This document shows positions 23,231-33,986 of a stretch of DNA of 64,000 nt, one piece after another; the stretch's first letter is position 1, and each line of letters begins with the position of its first letter. Source of the stretch: Ascoidea asiatica JCM 7603 (lineage: Eukaryota > Fungi > Ascomycota); the NCBI GenBank assembly GCA_001600695.1, contig BCKQ01000014.1:188937-252936 (forward strand), read 5' to 3'. A program made the position numbers and the translations under genes. A model generated the notes under the pieces. It was not told the origin of the DNA, did not search any database, and saw nothing but the letters and a program-made list of their open reading frames with translations.

Positions 23231-26200
23231 ATGGCAAAAGCTAAAAAACCAAAATCTTTTGTTTCAACAACAAAAAGGTTTACTTTCAAATCTTTTCGTG
23301 AACAGATTGATTCAATTGATATCAAATCAAATTTAAAATTATCAAATAATAATTATAATAGAAATTTTATAACAAGAGATAATCAAACAAATAATTTTTC
23401 TTATTATATATCTTCTGCTGATCATTGGAGAGATATTAATTTATCTTCAGATTTTAATGAATTTTTAATAAAAACTGATTCAATTTCACAATCATTACCT
23501 CAAATTTTATATCATAAATCAATTATTTTTAATGGTTTAAAATTTTATATATTAAAAAATGAACCAAGTTCATTACCTGTTTTTTTAGATCTTTTAATTA
23601 ATTTCATTCATGATTTAAATGAAGAATTTTTAAATTTTTATATTGATTCATTAAATTTATTAATAAATATAATTAATTTAAATACTGAAAATATTAAAAA
23701 TAATGATCTTGATTCAGAAGTAATTCAATCAATTTTTACTACTTTAACTTTTTTATTTAAATATTTATCAAAATTAATATCTGATGATTCAATTTCAAAA
23801 TCTAATTCAAATCTTAAAGATGATTCAAATTTTTTCATTTCAACTTTCAAAATTTTTTTACCATTATTAAAATCTAATAAAAAAGATTATATAGTAAGAT
23901 TCATTTCTGAGGCTTTATCCTTTTTAATAAAAAAATCTTCTGAAGATAATTTAACTCAATTAACTTCTTTAATATTCAATGAAGAAAATGATGATCAAGT
24001 TTTTCAAAATAACTTATTTACCAATTCTATAATTATTATCTTCTCAGAATCTTTCAAAAATGTCAAAGGATCAATTCATTTAAATTCCTTTAATCTAATT
24101 CCATTATTATTAAATCATTCTTTATTATCCTCAAATAAAAAAAATATCTCACTTATCTCAGATATTTTTTATAATGTTATAGTTTATGCTAATTCTCAAA
24201 ATGCAATAAAATTCTATAACTCTATATTATCTCATACATTTTCTATAATCAGTTCAAATTCTTCACTCCTGGAAAATAATAATTCACAAAAACTAAACCC
24301 ATTTTCCTTATTACATCTTTTAATATCATTAATATTTGTTGAAAGTGGTAGAAAAATTAGTCTAGAAAATTGGAAATTAGTAAAATCCATAATTCCTTTA
24401 TTACTTAAAGAAATTGAAAATAAAAATAAAATGGAAGAAGACCAAAAAATCCAATCGATTTCAAATATCAATTATTTCTCTTTATTAATGTCTTTAATCC
24501 TTAAAAATTGTCAAATTATTGAGTTTCTTGTAATTTATCACTCAGAATTATTTCAAATAATGTCTTCAAAATTAAATAATGGTGACAATTTTCTCTCTTT
24601 TATTGAACTCTCTACAAATATTGCAAAGGATAAAACAATATCTTATGGTAAAAAATATATTCAAGATCATATACTTAGAAATTGGTCAAAAGATCAAAAG
24701 AAAATTTCTATTTTTTTAAATAATTTAAATGATAAGGGTATCGTTTCAATTGATCCAAAGCATGTTTCAAACACTCGTATTTCTGTAATTATTTCAAATG
24801 ACTTTTATGATAATTTAATTCAAAATATAGGTTTAAATTTATCAAATCCATTAGAAATCTACTGGAGATTATTAATAATAAAATTTTGTTCAATCAAAAA
24901 CAATAATATCAATGATTCAAATCTTTTAATCAAATTACTTGAAAATACTGCAACAAAAGATAACTGCTCACAATTCGAAAAAGACCTTTATGGTGATATA
25001 CTAAATGCTTTATCATCCTTTAGTTTAAATCACTCTCAAATTTCAATAATAACAAAGGACATTATTCAAAATTTTGAGAAACTAAAAAAAAGTTCTGTTT
25101 TCATTAATTCTTGTTCTGTTTTTTTTAAAAAACATTTAAAAGACTATTTTTTGGCTTCTGAACTTTTACAGAAAGATTACATTAAGTTGATAAATTCAAC
25201 TACTGAATCATTGGCTTTACCAAATCATAACCTTCGATTACTCAGTATAAAATTTATTCTTGACCTTTTAGCTCTTTTGAAAAAAGATATTCCTTCTTTA
25301 ATCAACATGTGTTATAATATTGAAGAAAAAATTCCTGCTGAATCAGATACAGTTAATGCACTTTCTAGTGCTGTTGCAATTTCCAAAGATATTGATGATT
25401 TAGCAAAAACTTACTCCATTGAAGATTTAACCGAAAAAAGTTCCTCTATTATAACATCTACAGTGATAAAGCTCATCTTTGGGTTGCTAACTGTTAAGTT
25501 TCAGCCTATCTCGGATGCTGTTTTTAAAAATTTTTCCATATTTACTAGAAAAAGCGAAGTCGAGATTTGGAATAAAGCAGAACAGTTTTTGCTATGTAAA
25601 TACAATGAGCAGACTGAAGAATTTGTGCAAGAAGAAGGTCATCAAATATTTGACGAAGAAAACGCATCCCAAATGAATTACTCTACATCAGATGAGATAT
25701 TCAAAAAATGGATTGACTCTAATGTAAATGTTTTAAAGACATATATGGCTCCTGATCATTCCTTAATATCTTATGCAGAAAATAAATCGGTAAAGCTCAT
25801 CTATCAGGATGCAATGAGAGCAAAAACTTTAAAGGCATTGACTAAAGTTCCCGAACTTGGTCAAAAAAAATCGGCAGTTTTAGTGCCTTTTTTACTCCAG
25901 GACAGTGATGATTATCAAAAAACTTTTCAAAAGTCAAATTTACCTGAATGGCCAATGAATGATATTAATTTATTATTGGCAATGTTTGCTGAATTTCGTC
26001 AAATTAAGAATGTATCGAAAAATCAATTGGTTTATAATCATTTGCTTTCATTACTTTCAAGTCAAAATGCAAATGTTAGAAAGAATTCTTTGAAGTGTAT
26101 AATCAATTGGAAAAATAAACATATTAATAAATATGCCGAAAACTTAAGGAATCTTTTAGACAGCACTCTATTCAAAGATGAAATAATTAAGCTTCTTATA

Positions 26201-29200
26201 AAAGGTGATGAAAGAATTATTGAAGATGATGATGTTGAATATGTTATGCCTATAATTTTGCGAATTCTATTTGGGTGTTCCTTAGATACAAAAAGTAGTG
26301 GGTCTAAAAAAGGAAGAAAATTCGGTGTAATCAGAATATTACCTAATCTTGAAGTACCCTACATCAATGAATTTTTAAAGCTTGGATATAATAAAATTCC
26401 TTTTCAAAGTTTCTTTGAAGATGAGTCTCCCATTAATTCTGAAGTTATATCTGAAAAACTATTTAGAAGAATGGCTGGTTTTATCAATGTCCTAAGTGAA
26501 GTTACAAGTACTCTTGGTTCTTCTTTCAAAAGTTGTCTTGAAACAACATTTAAACCATTGCTATTTTGCATAGCTATTTCCCAATATGCAATAGATGATA
26601 AGAATTGCTTGACAACCCCTGAGTTAGAAAAAGCGGCTAGAAATGTTAGACAACTTGGGTTAAGGTGTTTAGCAGAATTTTTTAAATTAGGTCTAAACAT
26701 TCTTTCTGATTTTTCACAGTTAATTTTTGATAAAATCATCGAACCTCGTTTGCAAAAGTTTGATTCTGAAAATTTGCAACAACCTTCTTCGTTGTTGAAT
26801 ATAATAGTTTCTTGTGCTGAGAAAAAAGAATATTTCCCTTTTTTATATCTATATGAGGGTGCGGCAGTTAAGGCTGTAATGTCATTAATGCTCAATATGA
26901 ATGCTAAAGAAGTGGTGGTTTTAAAATGCATTGAATTCTGTACAGTAATTATTTCCAAGAAAAACAAGAGCGAAGATTTTGTTTATTTAACTGCATTGGT
27001 TATTGATGCTGTTCTTCATTCTTCTGAGGCTTTCAAAGAATTGAGTAGTTTCCAGGTTAATTCCAAAGCCATTAATCTTTTGTATCTTATAATTACGGGT
27101 GGTTATTTAACTGACGATGGTTTAATCAAAGAAATAATGCAGTTGCTTATAGAAAACTTAGATCGATCGCGTGGCTCTGAAATAAAACTTGATGATAAAC
27201 TTAAAGTTTTGGAGTCCTTAACAAAATTGATTTTGGAATGTGATTGTTCATTTGAAGAAATAATACCCCTTTATGAATCAATTTCTAAATATTTCAAATT
27301 ATATCGGGAAACTTCAGTAAGAGCTAAACTTGTTGAATGTTTAAATGCTATAGGAGAAAAAATTTCAGTATTTTCTAAAGTTTCTGAAATTGTTAAAGAT
27401 TTGAATAGTTTTACAACTAGATTGAATGAAAAGGATCATTTGACTCGTCATAATGCATTTATTACTGTAAATGAAGAATTATATCTACAGCTCAATGAAA
27501 AACAATGGCTTCCTATTCTTTATAATGCCTTATTTTTTATCAATGATGAGGAAGAATTATCTTTGAGAAAGGATTCATCTTTCACAATCTGTCGATTTAT
27601 AGATTGCTTTTCTAAACAAGAATCACCTGAAAAAGCTTCCAGCTATATTTCCATATTCAAAACTATCGTTCTTCCCTATTTACGTTTGGGTTTACGCTCA
27701 AATAATCTTCTTGTCCAAGCGGAATATATTAATTTTTTGGAGCATGCAGTTAGTCATTCACGATACTTTGATGGATTTGAGGATATGAAGGTACTATTAT
27801 TTAATGGGGATGATGAATTAGACTTTTTCACCAACATTACTCATATTCAATTACATCGTCGTCAAAGGGCTATTAAAAGATTAAGAGAAGTATGCAATAA
27901 AATTTCTCCTGGAAATGTTGCTCATTACTTATTTCCAATAATTGAATATTATGCTTTTTCGACAGATAATGATTTAAATAGTTTAATTGATGAAACTCAT
28001 GCAACTATTTATTCATTGGCATTATGCTTGAACTGGACTCAATTCAAAGCATTGAATAGAAGATACGTTTCATATTTGAGGAAAAGGGAGGAAACATTTA
28101 AGAATGTAATCAGATCAATAATTAGTGTCTCTAGAGCTTTGCATGACTCTATGAAAACTAAAAATGAAGATGAGCATAATCAAATAGCATTGCTTCAATT
28201 TGAATCTGATGATCTTCAAAGGTTTGTCTTAAAAGAAATAATGCCAATAATGACAAAACTTTTGGTGGATCGTGAAGAAGAATTTGTTTTATTAAGAGTT
28301 CCAATATCTGAAGCAGTAGTTTCTTTTCTTTTATCGTTACCAAATGAGGCAATACAAACAGAACTTCCTGGATTTTTGACTAAGATATGTCAAATGCTTC
28401 GTAGTAAGTTTAATGATTTGCGTGAAGTAGTAAGAAAAAGTTTATGCAAAATCGCTTCTATGCTTGGGTCCGAATATTTAAGCTTTTTGCTAAAAGAATT
28501 GAAAGCTTCATTAAGAAGAGGCTCTCAGATGCATGTCTTGGGATTTACTCTCCATGCCCTTTTAGTTTCTTTAAGTAAAGAATTAAAACATGGTGATTTA
28601 AATGATTCTGCTTCAATAATAGCTTCAGTTATTATGGATGATATATTTGGAGAAACTGGTGAGGAAAAAGATGCTGAAGGTTATAAAAGTTCCATGAAAG
28701 AAGTAAAAGCAATGAAAAGTTATGATACAGCTGAAATGGTTTCGGGAAACATTTCTTTATCTTCTTTTCAATTTTTAATTGACCCAATAAAGTTATTGTT
28801 ACATATGTCATTGTCCATAAAAGATAGAAACAAGTTAGATAATTTGCTTAAAAGATACGCAACTGGATTAAATAGAAATGATGAATCCTCAACCAAGGAT
28901 GCTCTTCATTTTTGTTTTGAATTGTATAATGAGTCTAAAACTAATCCATTCAAATCCCAAAAGAAAAAAGAAAAGTTAACTGAAACAGAAGATCACTTTA
29001 CAGTTAATCTAAGCTCTAAGGTTGAGAAAGATTATCAAAAAGAGGCTGCCTTTTATTCAGTTACTTTAAAAAAGTTTGCTTTTGAACTTTTGAATTCTGT
29101 TTTAAAAAAAAATAGAAACCTAGTAACTGCAGAGAACTTATTAACATTAATCCCTTATTTAAGAGAATCTGCTACATCTGATGATGAATTATTGACTATT

Positions 29201-31021
29201 GCATGTTTGAAGGTTTTTAATCTAATTATTATTGCAACATTTCCAGAAGAATGTAATAAGGAATTCAAATCTGTTGCAAAAAAAGCTTTAATTTTGATTA
29301 GAGACTCCCCTTCAACAAATGATGAATTGCCCCAAGCGTGTCTCAAATACCTTTCTTCTGTTCTTCGTCATAAGCCAGAAATTGAATTAAAGTCTTCAGC
29401 CATAAGCTATATTTTAGTTAAACTTCAGCCTGATTTAGAAGAGCCGGATAAACAAGGTCTCGCATTCAATTTTGTTAGAGCCGTTGTTGGAGCACATATA
29501 ATGGTCCCTGAAGTATATGATACACTAGATAAAGTTAAGCAAATCCTTGTAACAAATCCTAATAGGGAAATAAGAGATGTTTCTAGAACAGTATACTTTC
29601 AGTTTTTAATGGAATATGACCAAAGCAGAGGTAGACTTGAAAAACAATTGAAATTTTTAGTGGATAATTTAACCTATAAAGCTCCTGCTGGAAGACAATC
29701 TGTAATGGAGTTAATTCATTCAATTGTTTTAAAGGCTGATGCAAATTTAATAGGAAGATTATCCTCAAGTTTTTTCATTGTTTTAAGTAATGTTGTATGT
29801 ACTGATGACTCTCCTAAATCTAGAGAGATGGCAGGAGAATTGATTAAACAGTTATTGAATAAGGTAAATCAAAAAGATTTACTCTCCGTAGAAAATTACC
29901 TTTCTGCATGGATTACTCAGAAGGATAATAAATTATTGATGAGATGTGGATTACAAGTTTATAAACTATTTTTATCCAATTTTGGATTTGGAAAAAGTCC
30001 AAAGCTTGATTCAGTGGCAATTCAACGAATAAAATTTGGTTTATCTTTAGATAGAATGCAAAAGGATGTATTTTTTGAAGAAGAAGAACAAGAAAATAAT
30101 GGAGATTGGGAGTTAATATTTGTTTCATTAGGACTTTTACGTGAATTACTAGAAACCAACAAAGAACTTTCAAAAAATTCTCAAATGTTTGATGATAGTG
30201 TATCATTACTTTTATATCCTCATTCTTGGGTTAGGTTAGCTGCTTGCCAAACTGTTGCTAAATTATTACAAAGTAATAATATCAAGAAAAACGTAGATGC
30301 TCAAAAGCTTCAAAATATAGCATATAAATTAATAAGATCTTTAGGAGCTCCATTATTAGATGAAACTTTAGGAAATGAAATTATCGGAGTTTTAAGAATG
30401 ATATCTCAACTTTGGATAAAAGAAGAAACGCCTTATATTGAAATCAAAGAAATAAAAGAAGGTATTGAAGAAACTAATGAAGAGATTACCGTTGAAGGAA
30501 ATAATAAAACTTCTAGTGAAGGTAAAAATTCATTCAAGTTTGCAATTGATTGGTTAGTTAATAGAATTAGTGGATTATTGAGAAATGATTATAATTTTAA
30601 AAAACAAATACCGTCAAAAACAAAAGCAATTGAATTTTTTTCTGAATTAATAAAAATAATGTCAGTTGAAAAATTAGTTGATTTAAGTGAATTTATTTTA
30701 TTGGCACTTTATTCTTTATCAATTTTACCTTATGATTCATTTGATGGTTTTGAAAAATTAAAAAACATAGCGTTAGAAAATATGGATTTATTGGAGAAAA
30801 AAATTGGTACATCAAATTATACAAATATTTATTCAAAAGTTCAAATGTCTGTAAATAAGAAAAGATCAGAAAGAAAAGCAAAAAGATCTATAATGGCAGT
30901 TGCTAATCCTCAAATTAGTGCTAAAAGAAAAATGAGAAAACATGAAAGGCATAGAGAAACAAGAAAACAACCTAAAGATGCCAATGGGTTTTATCGTACC
31001 AAGAGAAAAAGAATTAATTAA
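23231..31021 (+). CDS. UTP20: SSU processome HEAT-repeat protein Utp20
   Basis: ATG at 23231. N-terminal KRFTFKSFREQIDSIDI, internal FFTNITHIQLHRRQRAIKRL and LRRGSQMHVLGFTLH, basic C-terminus RKAKRSIMAVANP...NGFYRTKRKR; about 2600 aa. Confidence 0.95.
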   Translation: MAKAKKPKSFVSTTKRFTFKSFREQIDSIDIKSNLKLSNNNYNRNFITRDNQTNNFSYYISSADHWRDINLSSDFNEFLIKTDSISQSLPQILYHKSIIFNGLKFYILKNEPSSLPVFLDLLINFIHDLNEEFLNFYIDSLNLLINIINLNTENIKNNDLDSEVIQSIFTTLTFLFKYLSKLISDDSISKSNSNLKDDSNFFISTFKIFLPLLKSNKKDYIVRFISEALSFLIKKSSEDNLTQLTSLIFNEENDDQVFQNNLFTNSIIIIFSESFKNVKGSIHLNSFNLIPLLLNHSLLSSNKKNISLISDIFYNVIVYANSQNAIKFYNSILSHTFSIISSNSSLLENNNSQKLNPFSLLHLLISLIFVESGRKISLENWKLVKSIIPLLLKEIENKNKMEEDQKIQSISNINYFSLLMSLILKNCQIIEFLVIYHSELFQIMSSKLNNGDNFLSFIELSTNIAKDKTISYGKKYIQDHILRNWSKDQKKISIFLNNLNDKGIVSIDPKHVSNTRISVIISNDFYDNLIQNIGLNLSNPLEIYWRLLIIKFCSIKNNNINDSNLLIKLLENTATKDNCSQFEKDLYGDILNALSSFSLNHSQISIITKDIIQNFEKLKKSSVFINSCSVFFKKHLKDYFLASELLQKDYIKLINSTTESLALPNHNLRLLSIKFILDLLALLKKDIPSLINMCYNIEEKIPAESDTVNALSSAVAISKDIDDLAKTYSIEDLTEKSSSIITSTVIKLIFGLLTVKFQPISDAVFKNFSIFTRKSEVEIWNKAEQFLLCKYNEQTEEFVQEEGHQIFDEENASQMNYSTSDEIFKKWIDSNVNVLKTYMAPDHSLISYAENKSVKLIYQDAMRAKTLKALTKVPELGQKKSAVLVPFLLQDSDDYQKTFQKSNLPEWPMNDINLLLAMFAEFRQIKNVSKNQLVYNHLLSLLSSQNANVRKNSLKCIINWKNKHINKYAENLRNLLDSTLFKDEIIKLLIKGDERIIEDDDVEYVMPIILRILFGCSLDTKSSGSKKGRKFGVIRILPNLEVPYINEFLKLGYNKIPFQSFFEDESPINSEVISEKLFRRMAGFINVLSEVTSTLGSSFKSCLETTFKPLLFCIAISQYAIDDKNCLTTPELEKAARNVRQLGLRCLAEFFKLGLNILSDFSQLIFDKIIEPRLQKFDSENLQQPSSLLNIIVSCAEKKEYFPFLYLYEGAAVKAVMSLMLNMNAKEVVVLKCIEFCTVIISKKNKSEDFVYLTALVIDAVLHSSEAFKELSSFQVNSKAINLLYLIITGGYLTDDGLIKEIMQLLIENLDRSRGSEIKLDDKLKVLESLTKLILECDCSFEEIIPLYESISKYFKLYRETSVRAKLVECLNAIGEKISVFSKVSEIVKDLNSFTTRLNEKDHLTRHNAFITVNEELYLQLNEKQWLPILYNALFFINDEEELSLRKDSSFTICRFIDCFSKQESPEKASSYISIFKTIVLPYLRLGLRSNNLLVQAEYINFLEHAVSHSRYFDGFEDMKVLLFNGDDELDFFTNITHIQLHRRQRAIKRLREVCNKISPGNVAHYLFPIIEYYAFSTDNDLNSLIDETHATIYSLALCLNWTQFKALNRRYVSYLRKREETFKNVIRSIISVSRALHDSMKTKNEDEHNQIALLQFESDDLQRFVLKEIMPIMTKLLVDREEEFVLLRVPISEAVVSFLLSLPNEAIQTELPGFLTKICQMLRSKFNDLREVVRKSLCKIASMLGSEYLSFLLKELKASLRRGSQMHVLGFTLHALLVSLSKELKHGDLNDSASIIASVIMDDIFGETGEEKDAEGYKSSMKEVKAMKSYDTAEMVSGNISLSSFQFLIDPIKLLLHMSLSIKDRNKLDNLLKRYATGLNRNDESSTKDALHFCFELYNESKTNPFKSQKKKEKLTETEDHFTVNLSSKVEKDYQKEAAFYSVTLKKFAFELLNSVLKKNRNLVTAENLLTLIPYLRESATSDDELLTIACLKVFNLIIIATFPEECNKEFKSVAKKALILIRDSPSTNDELPQACLKYLSSVLRHKPEIELKSSAISYILVKLQPDLEEPDKQGLAFNFVRAVVGAHIMVPEVYDTLDKVKQILVTNPNREIRDVSRTVYFQFLMEYDQSRGRLEKQLKFLVDNLTYKAPAGRQSVMELIHSIVLKADANLIGRLSSSFFIVLSNVVCTDDSPKSREMAGELIKQLLNKVNQKDLLSVENYLSAWITQKDNKLLMRCGLQVYKLFLSNFGFGKSPKLDSVAIQRIKFGLSLDRMQKDVFFEEEEQENNGDWELIFVSLGLLRELLETNKELSKNSQMFDDSVSLLLYPHSWVRLAACQTVAKLLQSNNIKKNVDAQKLQNIAYKLIRSLGAPLLDETLGNEIIGVLRMISQLWIKEETPYIEIKEIKEGIEETNEEITVEGNNKTSSEGKNSFKFAIDWLVNRISGLLRNDYNFKKQIPSKTKAIEFFSELIKIMSVEKLVDLSEFILLALYSLSILPYDSFDGFEKLKNIALENMDLLEKKIGTSNYTNIYSKVQMSVNKKRSERKAKRSIMAVANPQISAKRKMRKHERHRETRKQPKDANGFYRTKRKRIN

Positions 31022-31301
31022 GAAAATCATAGAATTTTCAATGTACTATAGCATTTTTTTTTATCACTTTTTCATATATATTTCATATAATTTTTAATCA
31101 TTATTTGACTCTATTTTTCATTGTTTTTTTTTTAATTTATAAAAGAAAGAGAAAAAAGATTAAATCTTTTATAAAAGGAAGATTGATATATATACTGTAT
31201 ATTATATTGAACTCCAAGAAAATTGAATAAAATTATAAAGAAGAAAAGAAAATAAAATAAAATAAAATCTAATTAAATGTATTTTTAAATTATTTTTTTA
31301 T

Positions 31302-33068
31302 TTAATTAAAAACTTCAGAATCAGGTTTTAAAGTTGGGAATAATAAAACTTCACGAATTGTATTTGAATCAGTTAAAAACATAGCTAATCTATCAATACC
31401 ACAACCCCAACCACCAGTTGGAGGTAAACCATATTCTAAAGCATTAACAAAACTTTCATCAACTAATTGAGCTTCATCATCACCTTGAGCTTTTTGTCTT
31501 GCTTGTTCTTCAAATCTTTGTTTTTGATCGAAAGGATCATTTAATTCAGTATATGCATTACAAATTTCCTTAGTTGCAACAAAAACTTCAAATCTTTCAC
31601 ATAAACCTGGTATATTTCTATCACTTTTTGCTAATGGAGACATCATTTGTGGATGACCAAAAATAAAAGTTGGATTAATTGATTCATCTTCTAAAATTCC
31701 AACTAATTTATCTAACATTCTTGCATTTGTTAAAGGAGGAGAACAATCTAATTTATTTTGAATTAAGATTTTTTTTAAAAATTCACCAGTTTCTGCAGTA
31801 TGTAATTGATCAGCAGGTGGAAATTTAACATTATATTTTTTTTCTAATTCTTCAATCATATTAATTCTTTTCCAAGGTCTTGAGAAATCTAAAGTTAAAA
31901 CTTTTTCTTTATCATTATCATCAGGATGATATTTTAAAATATAATCACCAGTAATTTCTTTAACCATTTCAGAAAATAATAATTCAGTCATATCCATTAA
32001 ATCATAAACATCAGCATAAGCTTGATAAAATTCACAAGTTGTAAATTCAGGATTATGAGTCATATCAATACCTTCATTTCTAAATTGTCTACCAATTTCA
32101 TAAACTCTTTCTAAACCACCAACAACTAATTTTTTAAGATATAATTCAGGAGCAATTCTTAAAAACATATCTAAATTTAAATCATTATGATGAGTAATAA
32201 AAGGTTTTGCAGTTGCACCACCAGCAATAACATCCATCATTGGAGTTTCAACTTCAATAAAATTTCTTGTATCTAAGAAATTTCTAATATATTTAATAAT
32301 TTTAGATCTTATAATAAATTTTTCTTTAACAGATTGATTAACAATTAAATCTAAATATCTTTTTCTATATCTTAATTCTTGATCTTTAAAACCAAAATGA
32401 GAAGTTGGTAACATATGAAGACATGGAGTTAATAAAATTATATTTTTTGTAAAAATTGAAATTTCACCTTCACCACCTTTTTGTGGATTTGTTCTACCAA
32501 TAAAACCAGTAATACCAATAATATCACCTCTTCTAATAATATCATTTTCTTTAAAGAATTGATCATTATTATCATAATCATTAATTTGAGAAACAACTTG
32601 AATTGTTTGATTATTTGAACTTAAAGAATAAAATCTTAATTTTGAACCAACTTCTCTTTTAACCATAACTCTACCTGCAGTTGATAAAGTAATTTCTTTT
32701 AACATTTCACCCTTTTTTAAATTATTATATTTTTTTAAAATATCAGAAATTTGATCTTTAACATTAAATTTATGTGGATAAGGATTTGGATTTTTTGAAA
32801 TTCTTAAATTTTCAATATCTTTTGATCTTAAAAGATGAAATTGATTTGGATTAATATCATCATCATTTTGTTTTTTTTGTTTATTTGATTTATTATTAAT
32901 ATTTAAAAGTTTTGATTTTTCAGCTTTTTCAGCTTTTTTTGCAGCAATTTGTCTTTGTTTTTGTCTTTTTTTTAATTCACTTTTCGAAACTTGTTCACCA
33001 GTTGCTTCATCTAAATATAATTTTTTAACTTCAGTAGTTATTTTTTCAATTGGTTGTTGTTCAGACAT
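31302..33068 (-). CDS. KRS1: Cytosolic lysyl-tRNA synthetase
   Basis: [66 protein letters not shown]. Confidence 0.97.
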   Translation of the reverse strand: MSEQQPIEKITTEVKKLYLDEATGEQVSKSELKKRQKQRQIAAKKAEKAEKSKLLNINNKSNKQKKQNDDDINPNQFHLLRSKDIENLRISKNPNPYPHKFNVKDQISDILKKYNNLKKGEMLKEITLSTAGRVMVKREVGSKLRFYSLSSNNQTIQVVSQINDYDNNDQFFKENDIIRRGDIIGITGFIGRTNPQKGGEGEISIFTKNIILLTPCLHMLPTSHFGFKDQELRYRKRYLDLIVNQSVKEKFIIRSKIIKYIRNFLDTRNFIEVETPMMDVIAGGATAKPFITHHNDLNLDMFLRIAPELYLKKLVVGGLERVYEIGRQFRNEGIDMTHNPEFTTCEFYQAYADVYDLMDMTELLFSEMVKEITGDYILKYHPDDNDKEKVLTLDFSRPWKRINMIEELEKKYNVKFPPADQLHTAETGEFLKKILIQNKLDCSPPLTNARMLDKLVGILEDESINPTFIFGHPQMMSPLAKSDRNIPGLCERFEVFVATKEICNAYTELNDPFDQKQRFEEQARQKAQGDDEAQLVDESFVNALEYGLPPTGGWGCGIDRLAMFLTDSNTIREVLLFPTLKPDSEVFN

Positions 33069-33272
33069 TTTTTTATAGGAAAATTTACAATTTAATATAA
33101 AAAGGAAATAACTTTAATCAATGATAATCTATAAACTATAAAAAAGATAAAAGATAAGACTCAAAGATAATAATTGAAAATAAAAATTGATACTTAATGA
33201 CTAAAAAAGTATTAGTTAAATAATTAAATTGGTAATTTTTCACTTTTTCAAAAAACAAGGTGTAATCTCAAC

Positions 33273-33280
33273 TGACTCAT
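33273..33280. promoter_or_regulatory. Gcn4-type site upstream of KRS1
   Basis: TGACTCAT about 205 bp upstream of the KRS1 ATG. Confidence 0.6.
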
Positions 33281-33475
33281 ACAAAATTTTATTTTACTTT
33301 TTTTTTTGCTTTTAAAGTGGTTAACCACGTCAAAAAGAAAAGAGTTCGACTGCGTGCAGAAGTGCGTGCAAATTTCAGTAAAAGTGCGTGAAGAAATTAA
33401 TAGGAAAATTATAAGAATAGTCACGTGTGATACACCCCTTGGAAGAATTCACTTTTTTCCTGTTTTTAAGTACGA

Positions 33476-33549
33476 GACTCCGTGGCCAAGCTGGCTAAGG
33501 CGTGAGACTGTTAATCTCAAGATCGACAGTTCGATCCTGTCCGGAGTCG
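33476..33549 (+). tRNA. tRNA-Asn (GTT), intronless
   Basis: Acceptor stem GACTCCG/CGGAGTC plus G discriminator; D arm TGGCCAAGCTGGCTAAGGC; anticodon arm TGAGA-CTGTTAA-TCTCA; T loop GTTCGATCC; downstream T-run terminator. Confidence 0.96.
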
Positions 33550-33640
33550 TCAGCTTCTTCTTTTTTTTCTGTTTAGTTTTTGTTTTTTCATTTCTTTTCT
33601 GTTTTCGGAAGGAGTTTTTTTCAAATTGAGGTTTTTCATA

Positions 33641-33700
33641 TTTATTATTTATTATTTATTATTTATTATTTATTATTTATTATTTATTATTTATTATTTA
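33641..33700. repeat. 7-bp tandem repeat (TTTATTA)n, about 8 copies
   Basis: Seen directly downstream of the tRNA gene. Confidence 0.85.
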
Positions 33701-33986
33701 CTGTATTGTTTATTATTTAACTTAAAGTGTTTACATTCCAAGTAAAAGTCTTTGTAGGTTTTTACTACTCACAAGACAAAGAATAGTCTTGAGTAACGTT
33801 AAATAAAAGATGATTATTGTAATTGGATAAATAAGGGGATGTTATCATTCTTAGAGATGTTTTTATATAAATTAAATCCAAGGGACTCATTTTATTTGAT
33901 TTGATAATTTATATATTTTTAGTTACAACAGAATAATTAATAATCAAATTAAATAATTAGTATAATATAATATATAAGATATAAAA

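Noticed and set aside
33306-33629. 107-aa ORF
   Set aside because: Starts at a TTG and overlaps the tRNA-Asn gene and its T-rich terminator.
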